A stretch of 28,421 nt of DNA from an uncultured Thermococci archaeon (GCA_964615185.1 CAZTOS010000012.1:1-28421), one strand, 5' to 3'; shown: positions 1-11,109, numbered from the stretch's first letter. Made by a program: numbers and translations. The notes: generated from the sequence alone by a model not told the origin.

Positions 1-8
1 CAAGGACA

Positions 9-1398
9 TCACTCATTAATTTCACCATTAGATGAAATAAGCCTTTCGAAGTCCTTCAAATCCCAAACAAGAAAGCCCTCTTCTCTGAGTGTTTCCTTCC
101 CTTCAACATTCCTTGCTATCAACCCATAAAACTTCTCCCACCCTTCCAGCCCAACCAACTCACTTTTCCTCTCCAAATCCCTTAAACTCCTCCTTGCCTC
201 CCCCTCTTTCAAACCCTTCCACTTAACTTCAACAAACAGGGCTTTTTTCTCCCTCTCATTCAAAGCAACCAAATCAATCTCCTCACCCTTACGCCACCAC
301 TTTCCAATCTTCTTAAACCTGAACGGGAGCTCTTCAGTTTTATTTAACCTTAAAAGAAATTCCTTAGCGACATCTTCAAACCTCAGCGCCATGACCCTGT
401 TGAGTTCATCCCCGATGTCCTCAATATCAATTACCCCCGTTTCTATCTCCGTCTTGTGGGGATAAACTGTTGAAAACCAAGTCAGCAACATTGAATCGTT
501 TAGCTTGTAAACACCCCTATTTTTCTTTCCAATAACTGGAACCTCCCTTTTCACAAAGCCCAGCCTGATCAAGTTCTCAAGGTATGGATAAAGCTTTCTT
601 GCCTCAATTCCAATGTGGTTTCCAATTTCACTTATTCTCGTTTTTCCAACAGCAATTGCGGAAAGTATGGAAAAGTAAAGTTTGAGATCCCTGAGCTCCT
701 GTGAGAGCAGGACGTACGGCTCATCATAGAAAAACCCTTCAGAAGCCAAAAATTCCCATTTCAGTAGCTCCTCAATGCTTTTATACTTAGATGCCACAAT
801 CAAATACGAGGGAACACCTCCAAGGAGCATGTATGCCCTAACTCCATATTCAAAGCTTTCAAAAAAATTCAAGCGAGTCAAAGAGGTTTAGAGGTTTCAA
901 CATAAAGCCAGCGGTTCTTCTACCGTAAAGCGGCGAAGAGTAGCTGAGTACCTCATTCTGCATCATTCCAATTAATGAGCCAGAGATAACGAGCATCACA
1001 GGCTTTCTACTTAGATGGTGATCCCAAGCTCTTTGGAGCTTGCTTGCCAATTCTTTGTCTCCTCTTAGGGCATATGTAAATTCATCAAGCACAATGAGTG
1101 TTCTTTTACTTATTTTACCTGCAAGATACTTAAAAATAACATAGTAATCATCCAAACTTAGGAATATTTCATCACCAAAGAACTCCGCAAGCTCCTTTCT
1201 GAGCGCCTTAATGTGGCTCTCTTTTGTCCCTTCAAAAAATGTGTGGAAGAATGCGTTTTTATTTTTAGAAAACTCCACCAACAAACGTGTTTTTCCAATT
1301 CTTCTTTTCCCATAGAGAACTACAAACGACGGAACGTTTTCCCACTCTCTTTCAAGCCTTTCAAGTTCCCTCTTTCTGTTCACAAAATGACTAATCAT
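9..1398 (-). pseudogene. Archaeal AAA/STAND-like ATPase (ATPase_2 + DUF234, C-terminal PD-(D/E)xK-like domain) split by a single extra base
   Basis: The 5' ORF (859-1398) has FVNRKREL, Walker A GKRRIGKT and Walker B LIVLDEF. The 3' ORF (9-881) has GGVP and KWWRKGEEIDLV...EVKW. The frames join at the A7 run 861-867, and removing one base gives one 462-aa ORF. Confidence 0.85.
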
Positions 1399-1405
1399 GA
1401 TTAGT
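1390..1405. promoter_or_regulatory. Perfect 16-bp palindrome ACTAATCATGATTAGT over the ATPase start codon (putative operator)
   Basis: Exact inverted repeat read from the sequence, centred on the ATG at 1398. The operator role is inference. Confidence 0.5.
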
Positions 1406-1454
1406 ACTAAGGTAGATTAGTATTTAAATTTTTCGAAAAATAAAAAGGAAAGGT

Positions 1455-2960
1455 TCAGATATCAATCTCTCCCTTCTCTTTAAGCTGCTTGTACATCCTC
1501 CAAGTGATGACAGGCCTCTTTGCTGCCAAGACATCATCAACCCTTCTAACGGCAGTGTTGTGCGGAGCACTCTTAACTACTTCGGGATTGCTATAAGCCT
1601 CTTCGCTAATCTTCTTGAGAACTTCAACATAGTAGTCAAGGTCTTCCTTGGTTACCGTTTCTGTTGGCTCAATCATCAAAGCCTCATGCACAATAAGCGG
1701 GAAGTAAATCGTCGGTGCATGCAGTCCATGATCAAGCAATCTCTTGGCAACATCAAGGGCTTTGACTCCAGTCTCTTTCTTCATGGGCTCCGCGCTGAAG
1801 ACTACTTCGTGCTTTCTAAGCTCCTTGTTAGGTAACTCGTAACCCTTTGTTCCCTTGAGCTTTTGCGTTAGATAGTTAGCATTTAGCACAGCAATCTCGC
1901 TTACAGCCTTAAGTCCGCTCTTGCCCATTATCTTGAGATACGTCAATGCCTTAACCAGAACGGCAAAGTTTCCATAAAATTCTTTAACTTTTCCAATGCT
2001 CTTCGGCAAGTCGTAGTTCAAGTAATAGCGGTTGTTCTCTTCGTCGTATTCAACAACTGGCACTGGCAAGAAATCCTTCAGGAAGTCTTTAACACCAACA
2101 GGTCCAGCTCCTGGTCCTCCGCCGCCGTGGGGGGTTGAGAAGGTTTTGTGCAAATTGACGTGAACAACATCAAAGCCCATGTCTCCAGGTCTAACCTTTC
2201 CAAGAATGCCGTTTAAGTTTGCCCCGTCATAGTAAAGCAGACCTCCAGCTTTGTGAACTATCTTTGCGATTTCCAAGATATCTTCCTCGAAAATGCCAAG
2301 AGTATTTGGATTTGTGAGCATCAATCCAGCCGTTCTTTCACCTACAGCATTCTCCAAAGCCTCTAAATCGACCATTCCCTGCTCATTCGACGGGATTTCA
2401 ATGACCTTGAAGCCGGCCATTGTTGCTGATGCTGGGTTCGTTCCATGAGCTGAGTCCGGAACAATCATCTCATTCCTCTGAGTTTCACCACGGTCGAGAT
2501 GATAAGCTCTGATGATCATCACACCCGTAAACTCACCATTGGCTCCAGCAGCTGGCTGTAACGTAAAGCGATCCATGCCCGTGATTTCCTTAAGCCACTG
2601 TTCAAGCTCCCACATTATTTGCAAAGCTCCTTGGGCTGTTCTTTCATCTTGATATGGGTGTATGAATGCAACCTTTGGGTGCCCGGCAATTTCCTCATTT
2701 ATCTTCGGGTTATATTTCATCGTACAAGATCCAAGAGGATATATTCCGCTGTCAACGCCATAGTTCATCTCGCCCAATCTTGTGTAGTGTCTAACAACCT
2801 CTGGCTCGCTCAGCTCTGGGAGCTCAAGCTTCTTTCTCTTGAGCTTTTCAGGAATATTAACTTCAATATCTTCAATCGGATCTGGAAGTGAGAATCCAAC
2901 TCTTCCAGGCTTTGAGAGCTCAAATATCAAAGGTTCATCCCATTTAGCTTGTCTGTACAT
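1455..2960 (-). CDS. gcvPB: Glycine cleavage system P protein subunit 2
   Basis: [21 protein letters not shown] and the PLP-lysine motif [16 protein letters not shown]. The start at 2960 was chosen from GAGGTG spacing; 2966 or 2969 are possible. Confidence 0.95.
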   Translation of the reverse strand: MYRQAKWDEPLIFELSKPGRVGFSLPDPIEDIEVNIPEKLKRKKLELPELSEPEVVRHYTRLGEMNYGVDSGIYPLGSCTMKYNPKINEEIAGHPKVAFIHPYQDERTAQGALQIMWELEQWLKEITGMDRFTLQPAAGANGEFTGVMIIRAYHLDRGETQRNEMIVPDSAHGTNPASATMAGFKVIEIPSNEQGMVDLEALENAVGERTAGLMLTNPNTLGIFEEDILEIAKIVHKAGGLLYYDGANLNGILGKVRPGDMGFDVVHVNLHKTFSTPHGGGGPGAGPVGVKDFLKDFLPVPVVEYDEENNRYYLNYDLPKSIGKVKEFYGNFAVLVKALTYLKIMGKSGLKAVSEIAVLNANYLTQKLKGTKGYELPNKELRKHEVVFSAEPMKKETGVKALDVAKRLLDHGLHAPTIYFPLIVHEALMIEPTETVTKEDLDYYVEVLKKISEEAYSNPEVVKSAPHNTAVRRVDDVLAAKRPVITWRMYKQLKEKGEIDI

Positions 2961-2970
2961 TTTCATCACC

Positions 2971-4326
2971 TCACAGCTCGGCCTCGGCTATTATCTCTTT
3001 CAACGCGACTATAAGCTTCTCAATCCATTCTTTTCTTGTTGTCTCAGTCACTGCAAATAATGCACTCTCGCCAAGCTCTGGGAAGTGTGGCTTGATGTAA
3101 TAACCGCCATGAATGTTCTTTTCTAACAAGCGCTCATGAATTACGTCATAAGGCACCTCAAACTGCACAAGAACATCTTTGAAGTTGATTCCATCAAAGG
3201 GTAACTCAGCAACTTCGCTTATTCTCTTCTTGAAGTATGCGGTGTTCTTGAGAATTATCTCTCCAAGCTTTTTCAGACCTTGAGGACCAAGTGAAGCTAA
3301 GTGTATTGCTGCTGCAACCGCTACAAGGGCTTCATTTGAACATATGTTCGATGTTGCTTTTGCTCTCCTAATGTGCTGTTCTCTCGTCTGGAGTGTCATT
3401 ACAAATGCCCTCTTTCCATCAGCGTCTTTCGTCATTCCTATAATCCTCCCCGGCATTTGTCTAATAAGCTTCCTATCATTCCTCGTTGCAAAAATTCCAG
3501 CCCTTGGACCGCCGAAGTTCATTGGGTTTCCAAAGAAAGCAGCTTCACCAATTACAACGTCCGCACCCAATTCGCCAGGGGCTTCAACTATACCAAGGAT
3601 TGTTGGGTCTACTCCAACAACAAATAGGGCTTTGTTATCATGGGCAATTTCGCCAACCTCAACGATGTTCTCTTCAATCAACCCAAAGAAGTTGGGCATC
3701 TCAATGTAAACTCCTGCAGCATTCTCAACGCTCTCTTTGAGCTTCTCTAAGTCAAGCTGTCCTTTCTCGTTCCAGTCAACATAAACTATCTCCATTCCAG
3801 CCCCAGCGACATATGTCTCAAGGACTCTCCTCTTCTCTGGGCTTAGGTGCTTTGGAACCACGAACTTATTCTTTTTGGTAACTCTTGCTGCCATTAATGC
3901 TGCTTCACCTAAAGCAGTCCCCCAGTCGTACATCGAGGCATTCACAATCTCTAAACCTACAAGCTCCGCTATCAAGCTTTGGTACTCAAAAAGTGCTTGG
4001 AGCATTCCTTGACTGATCTCTGCCTGATACGGTGTGTAAGATGTTAAAAATTCGCTCCTCTCTATGAGATACTTGACATGCGCTGGAATGTAATGGAAGT
4101 ACGTCCCAGCCCCTAAAAATGATGGCATCTCCAAGACGGTTTTGTTTTTGTCAAGAATTTGGTTCATTTCTAAAAACACATCGTATTCACTCTTGCCTTC
4201 AGGAAGGTTGAACTCATGCATCACTTCCTTTGGAACATCGGAAAAGAGCTCATCAATGCTATTAAACCCAATTTCTTTAAGCATCTCATTGACATGTGCC
4301 AAATTGGGTAGATACTGTTTCCCCAT
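2971..4326 (-). CDS. gcvPA: Glycine cleavage system P protein subunit 1
   Basis: [22 protein letters not shown] and [18 protein letters not shown] motifs; directly upstream of gcvPB. Confidence 0.95.
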   Translation of the reverse strand: MGKQYLPNLAHVNEMLKEIGFNSIDELFSDVPKEVMHEFNLPEGKSEYDVFLEMNQILDKNKTVLEMPSFLGAGTYFHYIPAHVKYLIERSEFLTSYTPYQAEISQGMLQALFEYQSLIAELVGLEIVNASMYDWGTALGEAALMAARVTKKNKFVVPKHLSPEKRRVLETYVAGAGMEIVYVDWNEKGQLDLEKLKESVENAAGVYIEMPNFFGLIEENIVEVGEIAHDNKALFVVGVDPTILGIVEAPGELGADVVIGEAAFFGNPMNFGGPRAGIFATRNDRKLIRQMPGRIIGMTKDADGKRAFVMTLQTREQHIRRAKATSNICSNEALVAVAAAIHLASLGPQGLKKLGEIILKNTAYFKKRISEVAELPFDGINFKDVLVQFEVPYDVIHERLLEKNIHGGYYIKPHFPELGESALFAVTETTRKEWIEKLIVALKEIIAEAEL

Positions 4327-4447
4327 AGTACATCACCTTTTAAATGGTCATCTAAATATTTGTTGCTAATAGAATATATGCTTTATGATATGATATGAAC
4401 AAAAAGCTTTAAACGGCTGACTAAATCATAGGTTACGGTGAAAAAAG

Positions 4448-5122
4448 ATGATAGTTGCATTTGACTTCGATGGTACATTAGTTGACAGCTATTCGGTAGT
4501 TGAGGAGGCCTTTAGAAGAGCTTTAGAAAAGCACTTTCGCTGGATTCCATTTAAAGGATTCTGGGCTAAAGTCCTTACAAAAATCGAAGAATACCTTGAA
4601 AGACCTCACTTTGGAAAGCAGAGTGGAAAAGTAAAACAACCATTTATCTTCAAAGCAAAGTTCTTTAGAACATGGTTTGAGGAAAGAGCAAAGCTTACAA
4701 AGGAACTTGACAATGCAAAGGAACTCTTGAAAAAGTTAAAGGAAGAGGGACACATAGTAATATCATTCTCAGCCGAGGACTTCATAGATGGTATGAAAGA
4801 ATATCGCTTAAAAGTTGGTGGATTTTACGATCTTTTCGATGATGTTATAATCTTTGGAAGAGACCTTACCCTCTGTGAAGCATTTTCACTTGTCAGGGAA
4901 AAATATGGAGATGAAATTTTTGTATGGGTTGATGATAAACCTTGGCGCTTTATAGGTAGAGGAGATGAGAACACAGAGTATGTGTGGTATTACTTTCCAC
5001 CAACAGCAAAATACGTAAAAGAGGAAATTCTAAATCAAATTCCCCATTTGCATATAATTAGAGACTTATGGAGTCTATTTGATGTAATTGAGAGGATTAA
5101 GCAAGAAAGAAAGTTAGAATGA
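4448..5122 (+). CDS. HAD-superfamily hydrolase
   Basis: N-terminal motif I AFDFDGTLVDS and a WVDD motif IV; GGTGA RBS. Confidence 0.85.
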   Translation: MIVAFDFDGTLVDSYSVVEEAFRRALEKHFRWIPFKGFWAKVLTKIEEYLERPHFGKQSGKVKQPFIFKAKFFRTWFEERAKLTKELDNAKELLKKLKEEGHIVISFSAEDFIDGMKEYRLKVGGFYDLFDDVIIFGRDLTLCEAFSLVREKYGDEIFVWVDDKPWRFIGRGDENTEYVWYYFPPTAKYVKEEILNQIPHLHIIRDLWSLFDVIERIKQERKLE

Positions 5123-5404
5123 TTAATCCCCGCTCAGGTATTCAAGGGTATCTTCAATGAATTCATTCCAATCTTTGTCGTTTATTTCTTCAAGGTTAAG
5201 CTCAAACTCCCCACCCATCTAACCGCTATTTTTCCCTTTATCGCTATCCGCAATTCTCAGACCAAACGGAGCTTGGAAAAAGTTGTGTAAATCCAATGTA
5301 TGCCAATTCTCTCCCCAACATTATTCAGAGTTCGAACTTAAAAATGTTTTGCTTACCTAACAAAATTCAATAGGTTTAAAAATCGAAGGAATCTATTGTT
5401 TACC

Positions 5405-6085
5405 ATGAGACCTCAGCCCCTCCCGAATAAGGCATTGAAAATAGGGAACAACCTCATTATCGCAGATTTGCATTTGGGTTATGAGGAAAGCTTAGCCAAG
5501 GAAGGAGCATATTTACCAAAAGCATTTCATGAAATGATAAGCTCATTAAAAACTATGCTTCAAAAAGAGAAACCAAAAAGACTGATTATAAACGGTGATT
5601 TAAAGCATTCCTTCATCCCATTTAGAAGGGAGAAGCTCGAATTAAGAGCATTTTTTGAAGAAATTTCCCCGCTCGTAAACGAGATTGTTGTCGTTAAGGG
5701 CAATCATGATGTTGGAATAGTATGGATTAAGGAGTTGGGAGTTGAAGTTGTTGATGAGCTTGAAATCGGCGGCTGGAAAATAGTTCATGGACATAAACTT
5801 GTTAAGGGAAGCAAGTTCATAATAGGACATGAGCATCCCGCAATCAGGCTTAGAGATGAAGTTGGGGCGCTTATTAAAGTTCCTATCTTTTTGCTGAGTG
5901 ATGAACTCATAGTCCTACCAGCTTTTACGCCTTGGGCATACGGAAATGACATTTTAAGGGAGATTGTCTCTCCGTTTCTTTTGGAATTCAACATTGAAGA
6001 TGCAGAGGTCATTGTACCAATTGAAGATGAACTCTTAAACTTCAGTACTATGAAGCAGTTGAGAGAAGTTCTCAGGAAAATTTAA
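5405..6085 (+). CDS. Calcineurin-like metallophosphoesterase
   Basis: DLHLG, NGDLKH, KGNHD, HGH and GHEHP motifs. The ATG at 5405 is preferred over the TTG at 5396. Confidence 0.88.
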   Translation: MRPQPLPNKALKIGNNLIIADLHLGYEESLAKEGAYLPKAFHEMISSLKTMLQKEKPKRLIINGDLKHSFIPFRREKLELRAFFEEISPLVNEIVVVKGNHDVGIVWIKELGVEVVDELEIGGWKIVHGHKLVKGSKFIIGHEHPAIRLRDEVGALIKVPIFLLSDELIVLPAFTPWAYGNDILREIVSPFLLEFNIEDAEVIVPIEDELLNFSTMKQLREVLRKI

Positions 6086-6118
6086 GAGCTTAAAAGCAGA
6101 ATTTAATTCGGTGATAGC

Positions 6119-6835
6119 ATGGATGTTCTGAGTACAATAATCTTTTTCGCCTATGCACCGGCATTGGCATTATTATGGTACTTCTATCATGAGGATAAAT
6201 TCGAACCAGAACCAAAGAGATATGTGGTAGGGACATTCATACTCGGAGGCACGCTTTCAGTTATAGTCGCTTTCATAATTGAGAGCATTTTAACTCCAGG
6301 AAGGGTAAATTTTGGTTACACTATCTTCCCAGCGACAGCATTCTATCTGGCTTTAACCGCTGGCATTGTAGAAGAGCCAGCGAAGTCTTTAGCAATTAGA
6401 TGGCCATACAAAGCAGGCCAGATGGACGGGATAATGGATGGGGTTGTTTACGGCGTTGCTGCTGGATTAGGCTTTGCAGCCACCGAGAATTTGCTATATG
6501 GCCTTGGATACGGTGTCGGTGCTACTATAACAAGGGCCTTCCTAACACCAATAGCTCACGCAACATGGAGTGCTATAGTTGGTGTGGGGTATGGACTTAA
6601 AGCAGAAGGTAAAATCCATAGTGTAACAAACTATTTTGCACTGGCAATTTTCCTACACTTCATCTGGGATTATTATGCATTCCTTGCAATAGCTGTTCCA
6701 GCGTATTATATACTCGTCATAATGCTGCTCTTCCTAAACTTGGCGTTAATTAGATACTTTATAATGCTTGGGCAAAAGGAAGATCTAGAGAAACAATGGT
6801 GGTACTGGTTTGTAGGAGGAAGGAGATATGGTTGA
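6119..6835 (+). CDS. PrsW-family intramembrane glutamic protease
   Basis: Multi-TM protein with VEEPAK, GLGFAATEN, PIAH and LHFIWD motifs. Confidence 0.88.
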   Translation: MDVLSTIIFFAYAPALALLWYFYHEDKFEPEPKRYVVGTFILGGTLSVIVAFIIESILTPGRVNFGYTIFPATAFYLALTAGIVEEPAKSLAIRWPYKAGQMDGIMDGVVYGVAAGLGFAATENLLYGLGYGVGATITRAFLTPIAHATWSAIVGVGYGLKAEGKIHSVTNYFALAIFLHFIWDYYAFLAIAVPAYYILVIMLLFLNLALIRYFIMLGQKEDLEKQWWYWFVGGRRYG

Positions 6836-7043
6836 ACTTGAAAAGAAAATTGAAAAGGCAGTGTTCGAAGCGAGGCCCTATGTAGAATACTTTGATAAAC
6901 TGAAAGAAACAACCAATAAACTAAAAGAAAAGGCTGCTGATGAAAGGGAATTTAGAAAGCTCTTAGAAGAAGAAATAATCAAAGCTCAGGAACCTTTTAA
7001 GACTGATCTCAAAATATTCCTTCAGAAGTTTGAGGCTCTTTGA
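6828..7043 (+). CDS. Small hypothetical protein (71 aa)
   Basis: Strong GGAGGAAGGAG RBS, overlap with the upstream stop, and a protein-like helical composition. Confidence 0.75.
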   Translation: MVELEKKIEKAVFEARPYVEYFDKLKETTNKLKEKAADEREFRKLLEEEIIKAQEPFKTDLKIFLQKFEAL

Positions 7044-7105
7044 CATTTTTACTTTTATCAGCAAAAATTATCAAGCTCAGTAGTTTAATATATTTTGGTG
7101 AGGAG

Positions 7106-7912
7106 ATGAAGAAAGAACTTGCTGTTCTTATGTTAGTGAGCTTGTTGGTACTTGCCACTGCTTCTGGTTGCATCCAACAGGTTCAACAGCCAACAAAGAG
7201 TTCAATTCTAAGTGCACTTAATAACGTCAATGCTTACACCTATGAGTTTAGCGAGAGAAGAATCATTCAAAACAGGACTTACAGCATCTACGGCGTTGTT
7301 GGGATAAATAGGAAGACCCTTCGCTTTTTTGAATTCATCAAAACAACAATTGGAAATGACACCTTTAAGCTGTGGCAGTATTTTGAGGGCTCATATGTTT
7401 ATTTCAAAGTTGAAGATTCAAAAAGGAATACCACCAGAACCGGGAAAATACCAATTGATGAAATCTACATGAACATGAGCAAATACAACAACATGAGCAG
7501 AGAAGAGTTCATTGAAACAATGATAAAAACCAGAGATTCACTGGCTAATTTGAGAGAGATACTGGAAAATGCCACTATCACATTAATCGAAAAAGACGGA
7601 GCATTCTACGAAATTACATTCAAGCTTGTCAGACATTATGAGAAAGCTCCAACATTTCTGAACGCAAATGCAGAAAACTCTGAAGTAATACAAGATTACA
7701 TAAATACGCTGAAAAGAAACGTTACGGAGAACATAATGGGTATTGCATGGGTTAATAACGATTCTCTACCTGTAAAATTTGAGACCAAGAAGCATACTAT
7801 TGAAACATATTTAGTCACAAATATAACCGTTGAAAGCTATGTTGGATATAACGTAACCGTCAGCTATAAATACCAGCTTCCAGAATGGGTCTATGAGGTC
7901 GAGAAAAAATGA
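7106..7912 (+). CDS. Putative surface lipoprotein, paralog 1 of 3
   Basis: GGTGAGGAG RBS before the ATG at 7106; MKKEL + hydrophobic stretch + ASGC lipobox-like motif; many N-x-S/T sequons. Confidence 0.8.
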   Translation: MKKELAVLMLVSLLVLATASGCIQQVQQPTKSSILSALNNVNAYTYEFSERRIIQNRTYSIYGVVGINRKTLRFFEFIKTTIGNDTFKLWQYFEGSYVYFKVEDSKRNTTRTGKIPIDEIYMNMSKYNNMSREEFIETMIKTRDSLANLREILENATITLIEKDGAFYEITFKLVRHYEKAPTFLNANAENSEVIQDYINTLKRNVTENIMGIAWVNNDSLPVKFETKKHTIETYLVTNITVESYVGYNVTVSYKYQLPEWVYEVEKK

Positions 7913-8742
7913 AGAAACTCCTTGGACTACTTGTTACAGTCATTCTCATTGTGGGCTTTTCAGGGTGCCTGCAGACATCCAAGCCTCCGACCAAAGACAC
8001 CATTTTGAAGGCAATCGACAGCATCGATACATACACTTACGAGAAAAAGATGATAATGAAGTACCCCTCACTAACAAGGGAAATCTACATATATTCGGGA
8101 ATAAACAGACAAGAAAAGCAGTTCTTTGAGCTGTTAGAAATAAATGCAACATATTCCAATGGTCAATTTCAAAGAACAAAAATGCTGCAATATTTCGACG
8201 GATCAAAAAATTATGTAAAGATGGAGAGTAATGAAAACGGAAAGAAAAACAGCGGGACATGGACATTTACCATCAATGACATCTACAGGGTATATGAACA
8301 GTATTATCCAGACCTACCTAAAGATCAAGTACTCAATAAATTCATCGAGAGCAGGGATGAATTACTTAACGTAAAAGATCTACTATCAAAGGTGAACATC
8401 ACAGAGACAACAAAAAAAGGAAACAAGTATGAGATTAAATTTGTCCTGTACAGGCAGTACATTTCAACACCAAGCATATTGCAGTCATATCCTAGCAATG
8501 CAAGTGAAACTCAAGAGTACATGAACATGATGAAAAAACTTGTGAGGGAAAGTATAGCTGGGATACTCATTGTAGACAAAGATGGACGGCCTATATCATT
8601 GAAAATGAAAAGCAATGCAAAGATAACATACTTATACTCCAACGAAACAATAAATGCAACAGGGGATTACACAATAGAGTTCTCCTACGAATATAGGCTT
8701 CCAAAATGGGTTGAAACTCTTATGGAGGAAGCTGAGAAATGA
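7909..8742 (+). CDS. Putative surface lipoprotein, paralog 2 of 3
   Basis: MKKLL + hydrophobic stretch + FSGC; ATGA overlap with the upstream gene; shares end motifs with its neighbours. Confidence 0.8.
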   Translation: MKKLLGLLVTVILIVGFSGCLQTSKPPTKDTILKAIDSIDTYTYEKKMIMKYPSLTREIYIYSGINRQEKQFFELLEINATYSNGQFQRTKMLQYFDGSKNYVKMESNENGKKNSGTWTFTINDIYRVYEQYYPDLPKDQVLNKFIESRDELLNVKDLLSKVNITETTKKGNKYEIKFVLYRQYISTPSILQSYPSNASETQEYMNMMKKLVRESIAGILIVDKDGRPISLKMKSNAKITYLYSNETINATGDYTIEFSYEYRLPKWVETLMEEAEK

Positions 8743-9503
8743 GGAAATATACTATTGGCATTATTGCTATTTCCTTTATTTTAGTTCTTATTTTTGGTAC
8801 ATTCTTTCAAGCTACCCCTTCCGTAACTGAGGTTTTAAATGCCTTAGAGAAAGTTGATGAGTTTGAATATCACGCATACATTAAAGAGTTTGAAAAATCA
8901 GGTAACTCAACAACTATCCTGCATGGTGGTGTTAGCTTAAAGAAAATGGAAGCATATATGGAGCAAGTGAGCATTTACGAAGCTGGGAAATCCATTTCAC
9001 AGGATGCAATATATGATGACATCTACTATTTCTATGAACTCGTAATTAGCAACGGCAAGGTGATAATAAACGATACTGAGCGAACATCTCTCAGGCACTA
9101 TACCCAAAATAAGAGGCAATTTCTCAAAAACGCTACTCCTTTCAATTGGGGCAGGATTCTCATCAGAGAGTTTTTGATAAATGGAACTATGGTGTCCATA
9201 GAAAAACATGAGAAAACGTATGTTTTTGTAGTTGAATATCAAAGAGAAGAAAAAAGCGACTATGACCTATACAAACTGAACCTAAATGCAAGCATTTTTG
9301 TGAGGGACAATCTGCCAGTGAAGCTCCTAATTAACGGAACTCACACAAGCATCTATTTGCCAACCAATGAAATCAGAACCATATTTGCCACTTATGAAGT
9401 AAATATAACATATTTGTATACCTCTCCAGAATGGCTTCGAGAACTCAAAAGTGAATCTGTTCCTTTAGATACACAGAAAAAGCCTCAAAACAGAAAAAAC
9501 TAA
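8739..9503 (+). CDS. Membrane-anchored exported protein, paralog 3 of 3
   Basis: N-terminal hydrophobic anchor without Cys. PSVTEVLNALEKVDEFEY and NITYLYTSPEWL match the motifs of paralogs 1 and 2. Confidence 0.75.
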   Translation: MRKYTIGIIAISFILVLIFGTFFQATPSVTEVLNALEKVDEFEYHAYIKEFEKSGNSTTILHGGVSLKKMEAYMEQVSIYEAGKSISQDAIYDDIYYFYELVISNGKVIINDTERTSLRHYTQNKRQFLKNATPFNWGRILIREFLINGTMVSIEKHEKTYVFVVEYQREEKSDYDLYKLNLNASIFVRDNLPVKLLINGTHTSIYLPTNEIRTIFATYEVNITYLYTSPEWLRELKSESVPLDTQKKPQNRKN

Positions 9504-9865
9504 GCTTTTTCAACTTCCCTCGTTGCAACTATTTTTGTATCCAAGCCAAGAGGATTTTCAAGGATTATCTGTCCAACTCTTATTGGTGCTTCAACTTCAA
9601 TCTCTGCCAAAAGCTTCATGAGTTCTGGAATCTTTGTTTTTGGAATTGGCTTGGTGGTTTTGACGGAAACCGTTGACATATTGCCGTTCTTGACTTTAAT
9701 TACGCTCATGACAACACGTTTAGGGTTTGTAATCTCCTCAATAGCCCATTCTTTCCCTCTTGGGCATGTGTAGCCTTTGATTTCCTTAATCTCTCCGTTC
9801 TCTACTTTCACTTCAATATCACAGCTAAGCGGGCAGATGATGCACGTAAACTTATACACAGTCAT
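9500..9865 (-). CDS. DUF1667 / CxxC Fe-S small subunit associated with G3P dehydrogenase
   Basis: CIICPLSC...CPRG motif; translationally coupled to the upstream oxidoreductase. Confidence 0.85.
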   Translation of the reverse strand: MTVYKFTCIICPLSCDIEVKVENGEIKEIKGYTCPRGKEWAIEEITNPKRVVMSVIKVKNGNMSTVSVKTTKPIPKTKIPELMKLLAEIEVEAPIRVGQIILENPLGLDTKIVATREVEKA

Positions 9866-11109
9866 TGCTGAATCACCTCCACTGTAATCTTGTCCTTAGC
9901 TTTCGCTATCTCCTCTTTCCTAAGCCGAATTCTGAGCATTTCTGCGGGTCTCACAACAGGCAGTCTTATCTTCCTGTCAATCTCTGGAAAGTTAAGTACA
10001 ACATTTTCCATGGGTTTTTTGACTCTTGCATAAATGTAAACATCTCTCTTGCCGCTTAAGTAGTGAGGAACAGCTAAGCGAATGTTTTTGCCTTTTTCAA
10101 GCTTTATCCACTTTTCAGCTGGAATTCCCCCGTTTTCAATGAATAGCTTTGCTCCATAAGCGGCCAATTCACCTTGCTCAGCAACATAATCCACCAAGTC
10201 ATTTATCAGCAAAGAATTCCCAGCAACGAATATTCCCGGAATTGTGGTTTCTAAGAGATCATTAACTACCGGCCCTCCAGTGGCTGGATCTATTTCAACA
10301 CCTATGTCCGTTAAGAGCTTCACCTGTGGAATCAAACCGGCTGAAATTACAACAGTATCGCACTCGATCCAGAACTCAGTTTCTGGAATTTCTCTTAGGT
10401 TTTCATCAACTTTTACGACCTTAACTTTCTTAACCCTCTTCTTTCCCCTGACCTCAACAACTTTATGACTCAAGTATAGGGGAATGTTGAAATCCCTCAG
10501 AATCACTACATTTCTCGCCAAACCCCCGGGATAAGGCATCAGCTCAATCACTGCTTTGACTTTTGCCCCCTCAAGTGCAAAGCGGCGAGCCATTATCAAG
10601 CCAACATCTCCAGAGCCCACTATCACGACCTCTTTTCCCGGCATTACACCGTAAATGTCCATGAGCGTTTGAGCTTCTCCTGCCGTATAGATCCCAGCCA
10701 CTCTATCTCCAACAATGCCGATCTCAAATGCATGCCGTTCCCTTGCTCCAGCGGCATAGATAATTGCCTTAGCCCACACCTCAAAAGCACCTTCAGGCGA
10801 AGTGAACATCACAACCTTTTCCAAGTCTGAATAGTTCTTAATCTCAAGAACTCTTGCCTTCACAAAGTAGTCAATCTTAAAATCCTTAACCCTCTGCACG
10901 AATCTGTGAGAGAACTCTGGTCCAGTAAGCTCTTCCCTGAAATAGTGAATTCCAAAGCCCGGATGAATGCACTGCGGCAAAATTCCACCCAGATAATCGT
11001 TCTCATCAAGGAGAAGGACATTTAATCCATGCTCTTTAGCTTTAACAGCAGCCGCTAAACCCGCTGGACCACCGCCAATAACGACAACATCGTATTGAAG
11101 TGTATTCAT
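9862..11109 (-). CDS. NAD(P)/FAD-dependent oxidoreductase (G3P dehydrogenase partner)
   Basis: GGGPAG FAD motif, GGILPQCIHPGFG and GSGDVGLIMARR. Confidence 0.88.
   Translation of the reverse strand: MNTLQYDVVVIGGGPAGLAAAVKAKEHGLNVLLLDENDYLGGILPQCIHPGFGIHYFREELTGPEFSHRFVQRVKDFKIDYFVKARVLEIKNYSDLEKVVMFTSPEGAFEVWAKAIIYAAGARERHAFEIGIVGDRVAGIYTAGEAQTLMDIYGVMPGKEVVIVGSGDVGLIMARRFALEGAKVKAVIELMPYPGGLARNVVILRDFNIPLYLSHKVVEVRGKKRVKKVKVVKVDENLREIPETEFWIECDTVVISAGLIPQVKLLTDIGVEIDPATGGPVVNDLLETTIPGIFVAGNSLLINDLVDYVAEQGELAAYGAKLFIENGGIPAEKWIKLEKGKNIRLAVPHYLSGKRDVYIYARVKKPMENVVLNFPEIDRKIRLPVVRPAEMLRIRLRKEEIAKAKDKITVEVIQQ

Noticed and set aside
5219..5221. Pyrrolysine-type readthrough of the in-frame TAG
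   Set aside because: No supporting machinery is seen, and the upstream frame has no start codon. Decay is the simpler explanation.
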